A DNA stretch of 64,000 nucleotides from NCBI GenBank assembly GCA_013265495.1, contig MU058824.1, positions 558,001 through 622,000 on the forward strand, written 5' to 3'. Below are positions 1 to 13,345 of the stretch, piece by piece (the first letter of the stretch is position 1; each line of letters opens with the position of its first letter). This DNA is from Vicugna vicugna (taxonomy: Eukaryota). The position numbers and the translations under genes were made by a program. Under the pieces are notes generated by a model. That model was given only the letters and a program-made list of their open reading frames with translations. It searched no databases and was not told the origin of the DNA.

Positions 1-1419
1 CTCCATGTTTAGAAACTATCAGCGTGATTTGTGGCAACTTCTGATTTACTAACGAAACTGCTTAAAACATTTTTAAAGGCAATTACAATTACTGTCTGGC
101 ATTTGATGGAAAGAAATCTTGTCAGCATTGTCCTTTGTGTGTCAACTGTCACAATTTTCTAAAAATTTTGAGGCGAAAAATAGGCAGGCTCTACTATTTG
201 CTAGCCTCGATTAGGGTTAATTCAATGTGTGTCTGCAAATAATAGTGTTTAATGTAATCTCTCTAATTACAGATAAAACGCATTTTCAGTCATGCTCATC
301 ACTGACAGTATTTTGGGATAAGTTAAACTGACAGCTGCTTTCTAAAGGAAAGGGAAAAAAACAAACCTTCCTTGGGGTTGTGTTGATTTTCCCTCTCTCT
401 CTCTCGGGCATTGAAGTTCAGAAAAATATGAAACTAGACACTTCGGCTCTAGATACCAACTTTGAAAATCATGACATAGTCTGTCTCTTAGGAATTTGTT
501 ATGGTTTCCATCTTCCACCCCCATCGATAAATATCTAACTTGAATTCACTCAACAAACATTTCTAAGAGTTTCTGGTGAATTAGGGATTGTGTTAGGCAC
601 TACGGATGATTCTACCAAAACTGCCCTCCACAACTGGCTTCAAGAGCCAAGTCAAGCTTCCTACTGTACTAGACATGATAGTTCAGTGCCACTGCATTTA
701 TAGCCCCTTCAGAGTTAAACTACTCAAGTCACAATATTTTCTGATGATCAATGCATGTTACTCTTCAACCACAGCTAACTGATAGGGCTGGAGGTGGAAA
801 ATATATCTGAGTTCTACTTCCAGAGCAACACCAGAAATAGAGATGACACCAGCAGTACAGCAAGACAGTCCATTAACAGCACTAAGCAATCGGAAGTGGG
901 AACTGAAAGCCAGAGCTAATGTAAAAGTTGGCATTATTTGCAGATATCTCGAGGAAGTCTTTGAACCTTCCTATCCCTATTAGTGGAATAAAAAACAATC
1001 TTTTCTAGTTCCTAAAGAGAAGAGGCCCCAGCTAACATGTGGATTATAATACCAATCAGACATATTCTAGGACCAGTCCTCTGTTCAAGCCGTCCTAAAG
1101 TATCACTTATCATGATACCACCCTTGATTCTTTTCCAAGTGGAAATTTCCACCTATAAAGCCACTTTCAGGGGCCAGACAATATTAATGTTGTCTCTAGA
1201 AGACCAGTGTCAAATGCCATCTGAAAGGAGAGAGTGGCATATTGGACATAGTACCCAGATGACACTTTCACCTATGTCCCATTGACAAGAACACAGTGCC
1301 AAGAGTGCCACTAGCCTCAAAGAACTCTGAGAAGTGTGTTTATCCTGAGCAGCCATGTGCCCGGCTAAATATTCCATTTCTGTGTAAAAAGGCTTGGCAG
1401 CTTCTTATAACGTTAAACC

Positions 1420-2390
1420 TCCCCAGGAATTCCACTCCTAGGTATTTACTCTAGAAAAATGAAACATGTTTGCGTAAAGACCTGTAGGTAAATGTTTATG
1501 GCAGCTCTATTCATAATTGTATAAAGCACAAGAAGATGCCATTTTATAGCAGAGGCAACTCTCCTACCTTATTGTTGAGAGTGTAAATTGGTGCAACCAC
1601 TTTTGAAGAATATTAGTATATCCAGTAAAGGAGAAGATTTACATACCACATAACCTAGCAAGTCTACTTCTTGGTAAGTCTAGAACAGTGATTCTCAAAC
1701 TTCACAGGCATCACAATCACCTGGAGGGCTTGTTAAAACACAGATTGCTGAGCCTTACTTATCCCCAGAGATTCAGTAGGTCTGTGGGTGGGACCTGAGA
1801 ATTTGCATTTCTAGCAAGTTCCCAGGTGACCCTGATGCTCCTGGTCCTGGGACCACACTTTGAAAACCACTAGCCTAGAGAAATTCTTGCTTGTGTTTAC
1901 CAGGAGACATGTACAAAAGCATTCCTGATATTATAGCTTGTAATAGCAAGAACATGGAAACAACTTAAATAACCATTGACAGGAAAGTAAATAAAGAAAT
2001 GTATTAAAAGAAGTACTATAAAGCAGTGAAAATTAATGAATTAGAGCTATATGATATCATAGATAAATAAAATTTTGAAAAAGAAAAAAATTAGTTGCAG
2101 AAGAATATATACTTATGATACAACTAATATAAAATCTTAAAAGTAAAACTCTGAACAATAAATTGTCTAGGAATATATACACATGCAATGATAAACCAAA
2201 ATTCAGGCTGTTTGGGAGAAGAAGGGAATATGACTGGGGAAGCATAGAGATTCCAATAGTTCTAGAGTTCAGTGGTAAGTTCATAGATGTGTGTTATATT
2301 ATTGTTTTATGTGTATAAATCATTTTACAATTATTTTTGCTTTTAAATTGGTTTTATTTTTTGTATATATGAAACATTTTACTTTTTTCT
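1420..2390 (+). mobile_element. Ancient L1 (L1ME/MC-like) fragments interrupted by a MER5 element
   Basis: caggaattccactcctaggtatttac, gtaaattggtgcaaccactttt and ggaaacaacttaaat motifs. Confidence 0.7.
1686..1872. mobile_element. MER5A-like hAT-Charlie non-autonomous DNA transposon
   Basis: Terminal inverted repeats cagtgattctcaaa / tttgaaaaccacta; 8-bp TSD-like flanks gtctagaa / gcctagag. Confidence 0.88.
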
Positions 2391-2619
2391 TCTCAACTTT
2401 ATTCAATTCTTCAGTTTTTCAATTTCTTTTCAGTTTTATTTTTCCAATTTCATATTATGTTAATTTCCCACAGAATCTCTTGGAAATGTAAAAAGCAAAA
2501 ATGCAAATATAAGGATGTACTCTATATTTTTAAATAAGAAGAAAAACCTAAGTATGGACATATGGACAATGAAACGTATGAATGCAGCTATGTTAGGATA
2601 GTATACTTACACATGTCTG

Positions 2620-3400
2620 TTTTTACATATACCTGTAAACACCTTTGTATAATTCTGAACAATTGATTAGAAGCTGTTAGGATAAATGAGCAGGGATGAA
2701 ATGGTCAGGGGGGAAGAAATTAGGATTTCAGGACTGAAAGGCGGGGAGTGTATTAAGAGAAACATAGATTCAATGAATGGGCAAAATGAAGTCCAGGCTG
2801 CTGGGAAGAGAACAGCTCTGAGATAGTCGAGGATGGCCTGGTTCTCTGCATTGCTCCAGCATCTCTCTGCAGGGACAAAGACAGCAGATGCTGGGGGTGA
2901 TGAGGCTGGTCTTTGTGGGTTTCCCGAACATAGTCAGAAGGGGACAGAGAGGTGGTTGTAGAATCCGAAGAAGGACGACTTTGGTGTTCTTGACTATAGA
3001 GCCTGAGTGTAAGTTTTAAATTACCTAGAAATTGGGAAGTTGGCTGGAGACAGGAAAGAACTGTCAGCAGTTGAATGATTAAAGTCCATTCTGAGCACAG
3101 AGGACATTTGTATTTAGAGGGGAAAACACCAGAAAGGGATTCCATAAGTGGAGCAGGGCTTCATTATTTAAAGGTTCAGTGGGTCTAAGGCTGGTGAGGG
3201 ACAAAATAAGAGTACCTGAGACGAAATGGTGGGGGCCTTGGGTCAAGGAGTCTGAAGACCTAGAGGGACAGGTGGTAAGTTTGACAGAAAAGAGAGGATG
3301 AAGTTGAGCCATTGTATAGGCCAGTAGCTCTGGCGCTTGGGTAGAGTTTTTGACCACTTGCTGATGAGCAAGGAACTGAAGGTAAATGATCTCTGTGCTC
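2620..3400 (-). mobile_element. Degenerate L2-like LINE remnant
   Basis: Purine-rich degenerate sequence resembling antisense L2 body; recognised by eye only. Confidence 0.45.
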
Positions 3401-4279
3401 CAGAGAGGAGCAAGCATCTAAAAACTAAGCCCCAGGAAGGCTGCCAGGGGTTGCAGCCTTTGTGTTCAAATCTCATGGGATCGTGGGCAAGGTACTCAAC
3501 CTCTTCTAGCCTCCTTTCCCATTTTCAGACAGGGGAAATGACACCTTCTCAGAAGTAGTAAGTATTAAATGAGACCATGTATCAGTGTATCTACTGGGGT
3601 GTCTGGCACACACAGTAGATGCCTAATAGATGTTGAGCCTCCTTTTCAACTCAGATCAAATCCCCTTAGCGCCCCAGCGTAGGGGATGGTCAGCATCACA
3701 GCAGGTAATTGGATAAGGAGCCAGTGATCCTTGGGCTCACTGTTGGAGCCATGAAATGGGCAGAGATAAACAATGAAACAGGAATGCTCATAACGCTAGC
3801 CAAAAAGAACACATAAACAAAAAGCATGGTTTATGTTAGTGTCACAGCACAACTCAGAGATGACCCCAAGGAAGAATTTTCTGAAGTACCTTTTGAAGAA
3901 TTTTACTTTTGGTCAGGGATGTCAGATAACAGAAGGTGCAAAAACCCTCTTTGAAATTTGATGAGATTTTCAACCCACTGGGCAAAGTATGGGCTTTTTC
4001 AAAGAAAAGTAGTTGGACAAGATGATGGACCATTTAATAGTCTTAGATTTTAGTCCATTTCATTTTTGATTTTAGTCTTTCCCATTTCTCTTCTAGTCCC
4101 AGAACAAAGGTTTATAAGCAGCTTGCTCATGGAGCAACCTCGGGTGCCTCTTGAGAGAAGGAAATAGGGAGGGTCTGAAGTCAGGGCTCAAGGCAAAAAA
4201 CAAAAAACAAATCACATACAATCAAGATTATCCTTGAAAAAAAATTTACATTATACTTAAGCTCAAAGGTTGACATTTA

Positions 4280-4808
4280 GCCAAAATAATCAAAAGCAGT
4301 CTTGAGAAGATAGTATTTGTATGCCCATATTCATACCAGCATTATTCACAATAGCCAAAAGGGGGAAGCAAATCAAGTGTCCGTTGACAAATGAATGGAT
4401 AAAAAAGATGCAGTATATGCATACAATGGACTATTATTCAGCCTTAGAAAGGAGGGAATTTCCAACACAGGCTACAACATGGATGAATCTTCAGAACATT
4501 ATGCTAGATGAAATAAGCCAGACACACACACACACAAATAAGCTAGACACAATAAGCCAGACACAAAAGATACACTCATGTGAGATATCGAGGGCAGTCA
4601 GACTCAGAGAGACAGAAAGAAGAATGTTGGTAAGCAGGGCTGTGGGAGGGAAGGTATGGGGAGTCATTGTTTAAGGGGTATAGATTTTCAGTTTCGCAAG
4701 ATGAAGTTTTCTGGAGGTTGGTTATACAACAGTATCAATGTTCTTAACATCACATAAAAATGGTTAAAATGGTAAGTTTTATGTATATTTTACCACAATT
4801 TTAAAAAA
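4280..4808 (+). mobile_element. Old LINE-1 3' end (L1MA/L1MB-like)
   Basis: ORF 4321-4674 resembles the ORF2 C-terminus (ALFTIAK...KCPLTNEWIKKM...YYSA); typical 3'UTR ending tatattttaccacaattttaaaaaa. Confidence 0.9.
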
Positions 4809-5819
4809 TGTCAACAGTTAGCTGCATTTGTGCATTTAACTTACAGAAATTCAACCACAGGCATTATTTCCCCTATTTAGACCTGATCTTCCTTGCCTCC
4901 CTCCCCATTCAAACCAGACTTTTGTCCCTAAAGTCCCCAAGGAAGAGCTTCCCTGCCCCACTCCTCTCTCTTTTCTTCCTTTGGGCCAAGCACTTATATT
5001 TGAGTTTGTGTGCAAGATGGTGCTCCACTAAATCTCTCTTTCTTTTCTTACTAACCACATTTCACAGTTGAGGAATTGAAGGTACTGGCAAGAAGCAGGA
5101 AGGAAGGTTTGGCTTCTGGACCAAACACGGCACTTAGATGTCACAGAAAATACTTTATGCATGAACAAATGAAGTAAATCATGAGAGCTCCCACATTTAT
5201 ATTTTTGAGCAAAAAACTCACACAAAAAACCATATATGCACTAACTCGGAATATATGATGTTTGGGGCAGAGTTGAATAAAGTTGCATTTGCATTGCCCA
5301 CAGAGAGGTTTCCAAGCAATGTAGAAGTAATGGTTTCCACAAGAAGACAGAGAGCACCAATCAATCTTTGAGAACTTTAACTATTATTCTTCTAAATTCT
5401 GGTTCACAAACAACTATAGCCCAACATCTTGATCTAGAAATAGATCCTTCATACCCCTAAATGATACTTGCAGGCAACAAATTGTGAGCTCCACTTAAGT
5501 TACATGCAGTTGAAAGAAAAACAGCTCCATACACTGTGCCTGTTTGTATCTTCTCAAAGCACCCAACTGCACTTTGCCCGCGGGAAGTAGTCAATAAATG
5601 GTTATTGAATTTAGAATGTCCTTCTTCTCAATCAGTAAGGTTTAATATATTTCCAATTCAGAATGCCTATTAATTTTTCAGCATTAGTAGGCCTTTTAAA
5701 AAATCCATTTGGGATATGTTTAAGAGTTCACAGCAAATGCTATTATATAAATGATTAAGAAAATACTGTTAAATGAAGCATGCTTATTCAACACACCAGT
5801 AGCCATTGATAAAATGTAA

Positions 5820-5830
5820 TTTAATTTAAT
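5820..5830 (-). terminator. Probable distal polyadenylation signal (two overlapping ATTAAA)
   Basis: + strand tttaatttaat = ATTAAATTAAA on the sense strand; UGUA motif ~25 nt upstream (5852-5857). Confidence 0.6.
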
Positions 5831-6355
5831 CATTTAAATTTACACTGTTAATGTACAAGAGCATTTCTTTCAAACACAGGTTAACACACACGAAAGAGCA
5901 ATGCTGTTAGAGGAGCAGAGAAACTTTGGAAAACTCTGCTGTCTGAAATAAAAGCAAGGCACTCTCCATAAACAGCTGGTGGATTCCTGATTTCCGCCCA
6001 CAGAAGGCATGTTCGCACTGAGAGAGCTCTCCCACAACGGAAGAATCACCTGCTTTAATTCTTGCTGTCCTCTTCTGAGCTAGATTGGTCATCCACTCTG
6101 TATAAACTTGTGTGTCAACAATAAGACAAAAAAGAGAGTTGAACTGATAGATGACTTGGGGGGGCTCTCACCGTTGTAATAACTATGGAAGACAGAACAC
6201 TGGCTATAATCTTTACTTTCGGCACTAGTGTCTGGACCTATAACTAAAAACCTTCTTCATTTCTTCCAACAAATCAATATCAGCTAAAAAGTCTTTTTCC
6301 TTAAATCTGATGAGTGTAAAAATAAAAAGTGACAGCATTCCTCTAGGGCTCTGTA

Positions 6356-6397
6356 TTTTTGTTTTGTTTTGTTTTGTTTTTCCTTTACAGGCATGAC

Positions 6398-6429
<32 letters not shown>
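6356..6429. repeat. (GTTTT)n and (AAAAC)n microsatellites in inverted orientation
   Basis: Direct reading. Confidence 0.95.
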
Positions 6430-6684
6430 GAAGGATTAATGTTCCAAGACTAACTGCACAAAAGGGTTATGTATGCACAGTATTTCTAATTTATTCAAAT
6501 TCAATTTGAATTTGGTCTGAAGCTAGTTTGTATGAAATGTTAGCTTTCCTGGTATTTAATAATGTTTATTATATTTGCATATAAGCTCAAAAATTACTGG
6601 AAAAGTACTACTTTATTCTTGGTAAAATGTGAATATTAGTGGTTATTTTTAAAAGCCTGTTTTCCCAAAGATGCAGTAAGAGTA

Positions 6685-6850
6685 AAGAGACTATGGAAAG
6701 GAGAATTAGGTCCTAGTCTTGATTCTGTTACCAGCTATTTGACCTTGGGTAACTCTTTATCCCTTGCTGGGCCCCAGTTTTCTCCTCTATGAATTTCAGG
6801 GGAGATGCACTAGATGACAAGTCAGGCCACTTGTAAGTCTAACATTCCAA
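6685..6850 (+). mobile_element. MIR/MIR3 SINE inside the 3'UTR (antisense to the mRNA)
   Basis: tgaccttgggtaact...ccccagttttctcctctatgaa...ctagatgac. Confidence 0.7.
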
Positions 6851-8811
6851 GATCCCAACATTCCAGATCCTATCATCTTGATATAAAAATAATAATCTTT
6901 CATAAAAGCTCACAGAAACATAATACATGATCAAATAAGAACGACTCTTGGAAAAAAACATATGATTTTCTATCTGGGTTATCCTTTGCAGCAATTAGGC
7001 AATTCATTTGGCATTTGTTTGATTGTATAATTTAATGACAATATAAACAGCATAGTTTTGTTATTAGTCCTTTAAAAAGACTGAAGCAAAAATGATTTAA
7101 AGCTAACAAAAACTACTATAACATCAGTCTGACATTCAAAGTTTGTTTCTTAGCAAAATGGCCAGAGATATTTTGACTTGATACAGAGTATATAATATAA
7201 AGACTTTTAGACCTAAAAATCTTCAAACATTATTTGAATTTAGCAAAACATAAGCAAAGATTTAATATCAAAGTGCTAAACAGTACTGCCTTAAAAGTCA
7301 CTGCAAATGAACCATAAAATAACAGCATGGGAATTAACACTTATGGTACAAATGGTTAATAAAAAGACACATTATAAATATATATATGTAACCTGCTATA
7401 TTTATATATATATTTGCTTATTTAATTTCTAATTGGTGTATCCAAGTTCACTGTGAACACCCCATTTAAGTACTCTGTAACTCAGCTTCTAGGAGCTGGT
7501 GGTCTTGCAATAAATACAGGCAAAGCTATTACAATATAACGTGCATACAAATGTTTATACAAATAAGGACACTATGCAACAAATCATCTCATAATAATAT
7601 GGCATCAACAGTATAAACATACAAAAGGGAGTACGAACACGGAATGTTGAAACGCAGCCCACTAATCCTTTCTAGTATTCACATTCATACTATTTTTTTA
7701 AATAAGACTTGCTTGCTCTCCAAAATTGTCTCTTTAACAGATAAAAAATTTAATGATATATATTCAAAAAACCTTATTATCCCTGGTGCTTACCCTGTGT
7801 GATCCATTCCTAATTATTTGCATGTTAACTTACTGAATGCTCCTGGGGCTTCTGAATGAATGTGTCAGTCAGTTGCTATAACTGAAGAAAGTTTAGGGAA
7901 TTCTGGCTGGATTTATAGAAAACAACAAAAAAATGCTATACGCAATCCATCTCATAATCTGAGCCCCCTTCAGTACAGTTGGACAGTCAGGGCAGGGATC
8001 TGGATCCATCAAGAATGGCCCAAAATCTTGGATGGACCATACCTCAGAAGGGTTCCACAGGGCAGGTGGACAAAGCCTCTGCTAGGAAAATTAGCATGTG
8101 CATTTGTTAACATGACTGCCTCCTTTTTATTTACACATAAAATAAAGGAGAGTTAATAAACAAGACTTAGTAAGACAGCACTTTAAAAATTGCACTTGCA
8201 TATGGAAGCGAACAGCCATTATCATTTTGCTATGTCTGATTTATAGGTAATCCTCCATCTTTCACTGTTTGTTAAAACAAAATAAAGGAAGAAAGAAAAC
8301 AAGAGGGAATTTCTGCTTTGTTTGCACCACATACATACCCTTGATACAAAAAATGTATTCTAAAGGGATCAATCTCAAGACACATCCTACCCTGGCGAAC
8401 AGCCCTTGGCTGTTCTTGTTTTTAAATACAAACCAACTATAATTGTATTCCCCAGAAAGAGTTTTAAAAACAGTTATATTACCCTTTTTATTCCTGCTGG
8501 GAAAGCATCGTCCAAAAGTGCTCTGTTAGCAATTTCTTAGAAAACCCTCATGAACTATATACCCTGCCTCCCGCCCTAACCCCAAAGCCTAAATATAAAA
8601 CACAACCCCAACACAATACTCTGCAAGTTTTCTGGCTTTCAGTTGTAAAGAAAAGTGCCAGAAAAAAAAAAAAGTCTTTCTTTTCTACAGGAGCTGCTTT
8701 TTCTCTTAAGGAAGGGCAGAAAATGGTAGGTGTCCAGACCCATCCCTCTGGCTGCTTAGCAAGCGGCTGCTAGCTGATAACCAGGCAGCTTCCTGCTCAG
8801 GCTGTTCCTGC

Positions 8812-9059
8812 TCAGAAAGGCAGGGTGTCCAGGAAGAGCTTGTCAATGATGGAGGGTGGAGACACCAAGTCTTCCAGCTTCAGGTAGAAGATGCGCTGGA
8901 GGCCCAGGGTGCAGATCTTGCGCAGTTCTACCAGGGCGTGCAGGACCTTGGGCTCGGCGGGCTCCAAAGCCTGTCCCTTGCTCTCGTGTTCTTTTAAGCT
9001 GCTCGTGATCTTGTTGCATAGCTCCTCCACTCTCTTTGGTTCTTTTAACCCATGTCGTT
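8812..9059 (-). CDS. NR4A3: NR4A3 exon 8 coding part: end of ligand-binding domain, AF-2, stop
   Basis: gcag|AACGACAT...TTCTGA; 248 nt; [18 protein letters not shown]...[12 protein letters not shown]. Confidence 0.99.
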
Positions 9060-12000
9060 CTGCAGAGGGGTAGAAAATGGCAAACTGAGGAGGCAGTTAC
9101 ATCCTAAAAAACTTTGAATCCTGAATGAAGGCCTGTGTCCTGTTCTGCCAGTTGGGATGGCATTTTACAGTTAAAGTGCCCTCCCTCTCAGAGGTAGTTC
9201 ATGGTCTTGGGTATTTAAATAGCACCAGGGGTTGACTCTCAGCCCTGTCACTTACTCACTGAGCCCCAGTTTCCTTATAAAATGAAGACAATAATTGTAC
9301 CCAATCCAGGGCTTCTGGGAGGACCAGCTTGGGTGAATAACGCAGACGACACACATTGAATGGTGGGGTGGTTATTATTTTGCACGCATCATCTGACTGA
9401 GGTCTGACGAAAGCCTGGTCAGGAAGGAACTCTTTTTCAGAGTGACATGGAAACACATTCAGGCAAATGAATTAATGGTCCATCTTGACAGACACTCGCT
9501 TGGTGGTGGTGGGGGCTGTAAGTTCCATTTGCAAAGGCTGCCCCCCAAGACCGCATATGGATACAAAGTGCCTTCTTGGGTTTTCATGCTAATCAGCATT
9601 GAGAAGAATAGAGATTTTCTTTTCCTTGTCCCTTCCCTCCGCCCCTTGAAACACCCATTGACCCACACCAGACACTCTGTACAAAATACATGTCCCCCTG
9701 CTGTGGAGATGGAAAAGTTAAAGAGAGGGAGGAGGCCCAGAAGGAGGCGGTGCAAGCGTTTTGTAATGTGGCAAAGCATGAATACCGGTATCTCATATTT
9801 TATAAAATAATATATAAAATTATCCTCATATTAAATATTATGATCCCTTATTTTACATATAAGGTTAAAAAATATCCCCATAGTCACACAGCTGCTAAAA
9901 GCTGGGATTTGAACCCAGTCTTCTGAGGCAGATTCTGTCCTCTTGCTCCAGACTGCAGTTGCATCTCCTTGTAAAGAGAAAGGAGCCTGATGCCCAGTAC
10001 AGACCAGTTTGCTCTCCCTCAGCATGTAGATATCAGAGACTCTTTCCTGAGAGATGAGCTTGGCCTCTGTTATCTCAGTCAAAGTTTTCATCTCTCAGCG
10101 TATTTACATGTAAAGTAATAATTCTTGAGAAATAGATGACATCTATCCAGTGGGAAATTAAGTATTAGTTTTCAATTTTTAATTTTTTTTTAATTGGGAA
10201 TATTTTTGTTAGAAAGGTTAATTCCAAAAGTCATTGGGAAAAAAATGAAGCAACTATCCAGACTTTGTTTTTTCTCTTGCCCTAAATAAAAGGAGGCCCA
10301 GGAACAAGGCAATCTGCATCTTCCCCGGCTTGGCTGGTTGTGTACGACTTGGGTGAGTGCCTTCTTCCCTAGGGCCCATATGGAAAGGATTTGATGACCT
10401 CTAAGGTCACCTCCAGCTCTGATGTATATTTATATTTATATATGTTTATAATTATATTAAAGTACAACCATGAAAATTGCCAGCAGCATCTCAGTGGGTT
10501 GTAACTTGCAAGCATCTCATCTCAGTGCAACACAATATAGAGAAAAAGTGACTGGACTTGTGGAGTCAGAGAGATTCAGGTTCCAGTTTTGGTTCTGTTA
10601 TATACTAACCATGTGACCTAATTGTTCTGTTTCAATGTCCTCCCAGGAAAATGGGGACTACAGGGTGGCAGATACACAAAGTCTTTGTTGTAGTCTTCTC
10701 CATTCATTTCTGTGTTTCTTACATATTATACAATAAATTAAAAGAAAAAGTGTGATTATAATAAAACCTACCTTTGAGGGTTATTGTGAGGCTCAGCTAA
10801 GATGATGCTACAGGGAAGTGCACTGCACTGTACATCATGGTACAGTCAGCACCTAAGACCATACCTATGCATGGCAAATGGCTGGCAACTGCAGAGTGAA
10901 AGTCCATAAAGTGCACTTACTCCCAAGCTTTGCAGTGCAGGATTCTGCTTTTCCCCAGGAAACTATTAGCTATTCAGCCCAGGTGCAAACCTGTACTCTA
11001 TGGCTTATCTTTATTAAGTACATAGTTCCCTTGTTTCAGTTTCAGAAGTACCCAAGAGTGAACTTCAACAGCAACAGTGCTCTGCCTAAAGTTTTATTTT
11101 CCTCTCAAAAGCAAAAAAGCAGACTGCAAATTTGGCAGTAAATTTCAATAGCTACAAAATGTTCATAGCCTCTGATCAAGTAATCCCACCCTTGGGAATT
11201 TATCTGAAGGAAACATTCAAAAGAAGAATAACCCTGTATGCATGAAGACATTTGGGGTACATTAAAGTTTTAAAAAATGGGAAAAGATAAAGGGAAGAAG
11301 AATAGGAGAACTGTTAAGTGAAAAATGGTATGTCCTCATAATGGAAGACTCTGTAGACATCAAAAAGGACAAATAGGCTATGAAATGACATGGAAAAAAT
11401 ATATAATACCACATTAAATAAAGAATAGACGATAAACATGGTATCTAAGCTGTGATTATATCTATGCAAAAATTATTTCTGCATGTGGAGAAGGATGAGA
11501 GGAAATAGGAAAGTGAAAATATTCATGAGATTGTGAGATAACTCCTTTCCTGTCTTTTAAAATATCCAGGTTAATGCTATTGGTGTAATAAACAAGTTTA
11601 AAATAGAACAAACTGGGATTTAGTCCTTTGTGAAGCCCTCTGGTTGCTGTAACGCGGTCAGTCATCCTACTGATAGTAAATTCTATTAAATACTGAAATA
11701 TATCAAATTAGCTTCATAACCCAGGCAGAGATGCTCTTCCCAGAATAAAACACCAATCCATTGATTTAAGCTTTCCCTTCCTTTCAGCGCCTCACGTCTT
11801 GCATTATAGTCAAGATCCCATATTCATTATCAGGATAAAGAAACTGAGCAATGTGTGGGCTGGATTTCAGGAGGGGGTTGATTATGGAACCTTGTAACCA
11901 GACTTTCTCATGGCCAAACTCGCAGAAGGTGCCTTGGAGTTTTCCCTGCTCTCCAACCAGTTGTGACTGCTCGATAACTATGGCAACCATTATTTATTCA

Positions 12001-13241
12001 GTGAATTCAAGTGGAGATCGATACCTCCTGCCAGCTGGATCAACCCTAGGCCTGGAATTCCTTGAGGAATTCAGAGACACTCCTGTTAGAAGCCAAAGGC
12101 ACCTTCTTTGTTGTTTTGAACAGCTCCTGGATTTGTGGCTTCTTTACTCTTTCAAACAGGCTGAGATAAAATTCAGTCTCCATGCAAACTACTGCCAGCA
12201 GCCAGCAAGATCTTTAAATCACCAGGGAGTCACTAAGTGTCTGGGACCTTCCTAGTAATTTGAAATTCCTTAAAACCCCAATCACTGACATTTTAGGTCA
12301 AGGGACCCCCTTTCTTCTTGTAGCTTGGTAAACAAAGCTGCAAAGCTGATAAATAGAGAGTTCAGAAATTCTGGGGGAAATCGGACATTTGGATTCCCCC
12401 ACTTCCTACAGAATTATACACAGATTCAGTTTAAGATCTTTGTCCACCATGAAACAAAACAAGACTTCTCAGTATTTCTTGCATTTTGATCTACATCATT
12501 TTTATCCAATACTTCAGTATTTTAACTCGGCTTTATGCATCCAAAACTTTAAAATACAACTTATAGAAATGGTTACATAATGGACTTATGTGTCATAACC
12601 ATAGAATATATGAACTGGAAAGAATTTGAATCATTTAGTTCAAACTTTCTCCCCAAGATGAGAATCTCTACTACAAGGTATCAGAAAAAGAGTGCCCAGC
12701 ACCAGCTGGTCTGGGAGTTCACTATTTCACCCTGGTTAAAAAAATATTTAATAGTACCTTATATTACACTGTTTTACTTAGATTATTTTGTTGAGCCCTC
12801 ATACTAACCCCGTGAATTAGACAGGACAAAGATGATCTTATTTAATGAATAAGGAGGCTAAGTTACAGAGAGCTAAGTGATTTGCCTATGGTCAAAACTA
12901 GCAAATGGCTAATTTCTTTCACTCCAAATCCAGACATATTTCTATTAAATTTGGTTGCCTTGAACATTGCTAGAATGTTCCTCTTCATCCTGAGATGAAC
13001 TCAGCCTCCCTATAACCCCCTCCTACTTTCTGTGTACCTAATTAGCTAATTGATTAATTACTTCTTTCAACAAATATTTGAGTACCTATTCTGTGCCAAG
13101 CAGTGTTATAGCCACTGGGGTTGGAGAAGTGAACAAAGCAAAGAGACAACAGATAACACTTCTAACCAGCATGGTGCTTGTATCTAAAGACATTGCTGGA
13201 TTACTGTGCATGCGGCTATCTGTGCCACAGACATCTCTGCT

Positions 13242-13345
13242 AAGAGAGAGAGGAAGGGAGGTACGGAGGAGGAGGAGGAGAGAGAGGAGGGAGTGAGAGA
13301 GGGAGAGGGAAGGAAAGAGAAAGAAGGGGGAGAAAGGGGGAGGGA
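13242..13345. repeat. GA-rich polypurine tract
   Basis: Almost pure A/G for ~100 bp. Confidence 0.9.

Larger units (their letters stand above)
5800..8811 (-). other. NR4A3: NR4A3 3'UTR (~3 kb, AU-rich)
   Basis: Follows the stop codon; AT-rich, several poly(A) hexamers and miRNA seed matches. Confidence 0.8.

Noticed and set aside
4500..4570. Direct repeat aataagccagacac; also the paired repeats at 53245-53360
   Set aside because: Local duplications inside old L1 sequence; not a CRISPR-like or functional array.
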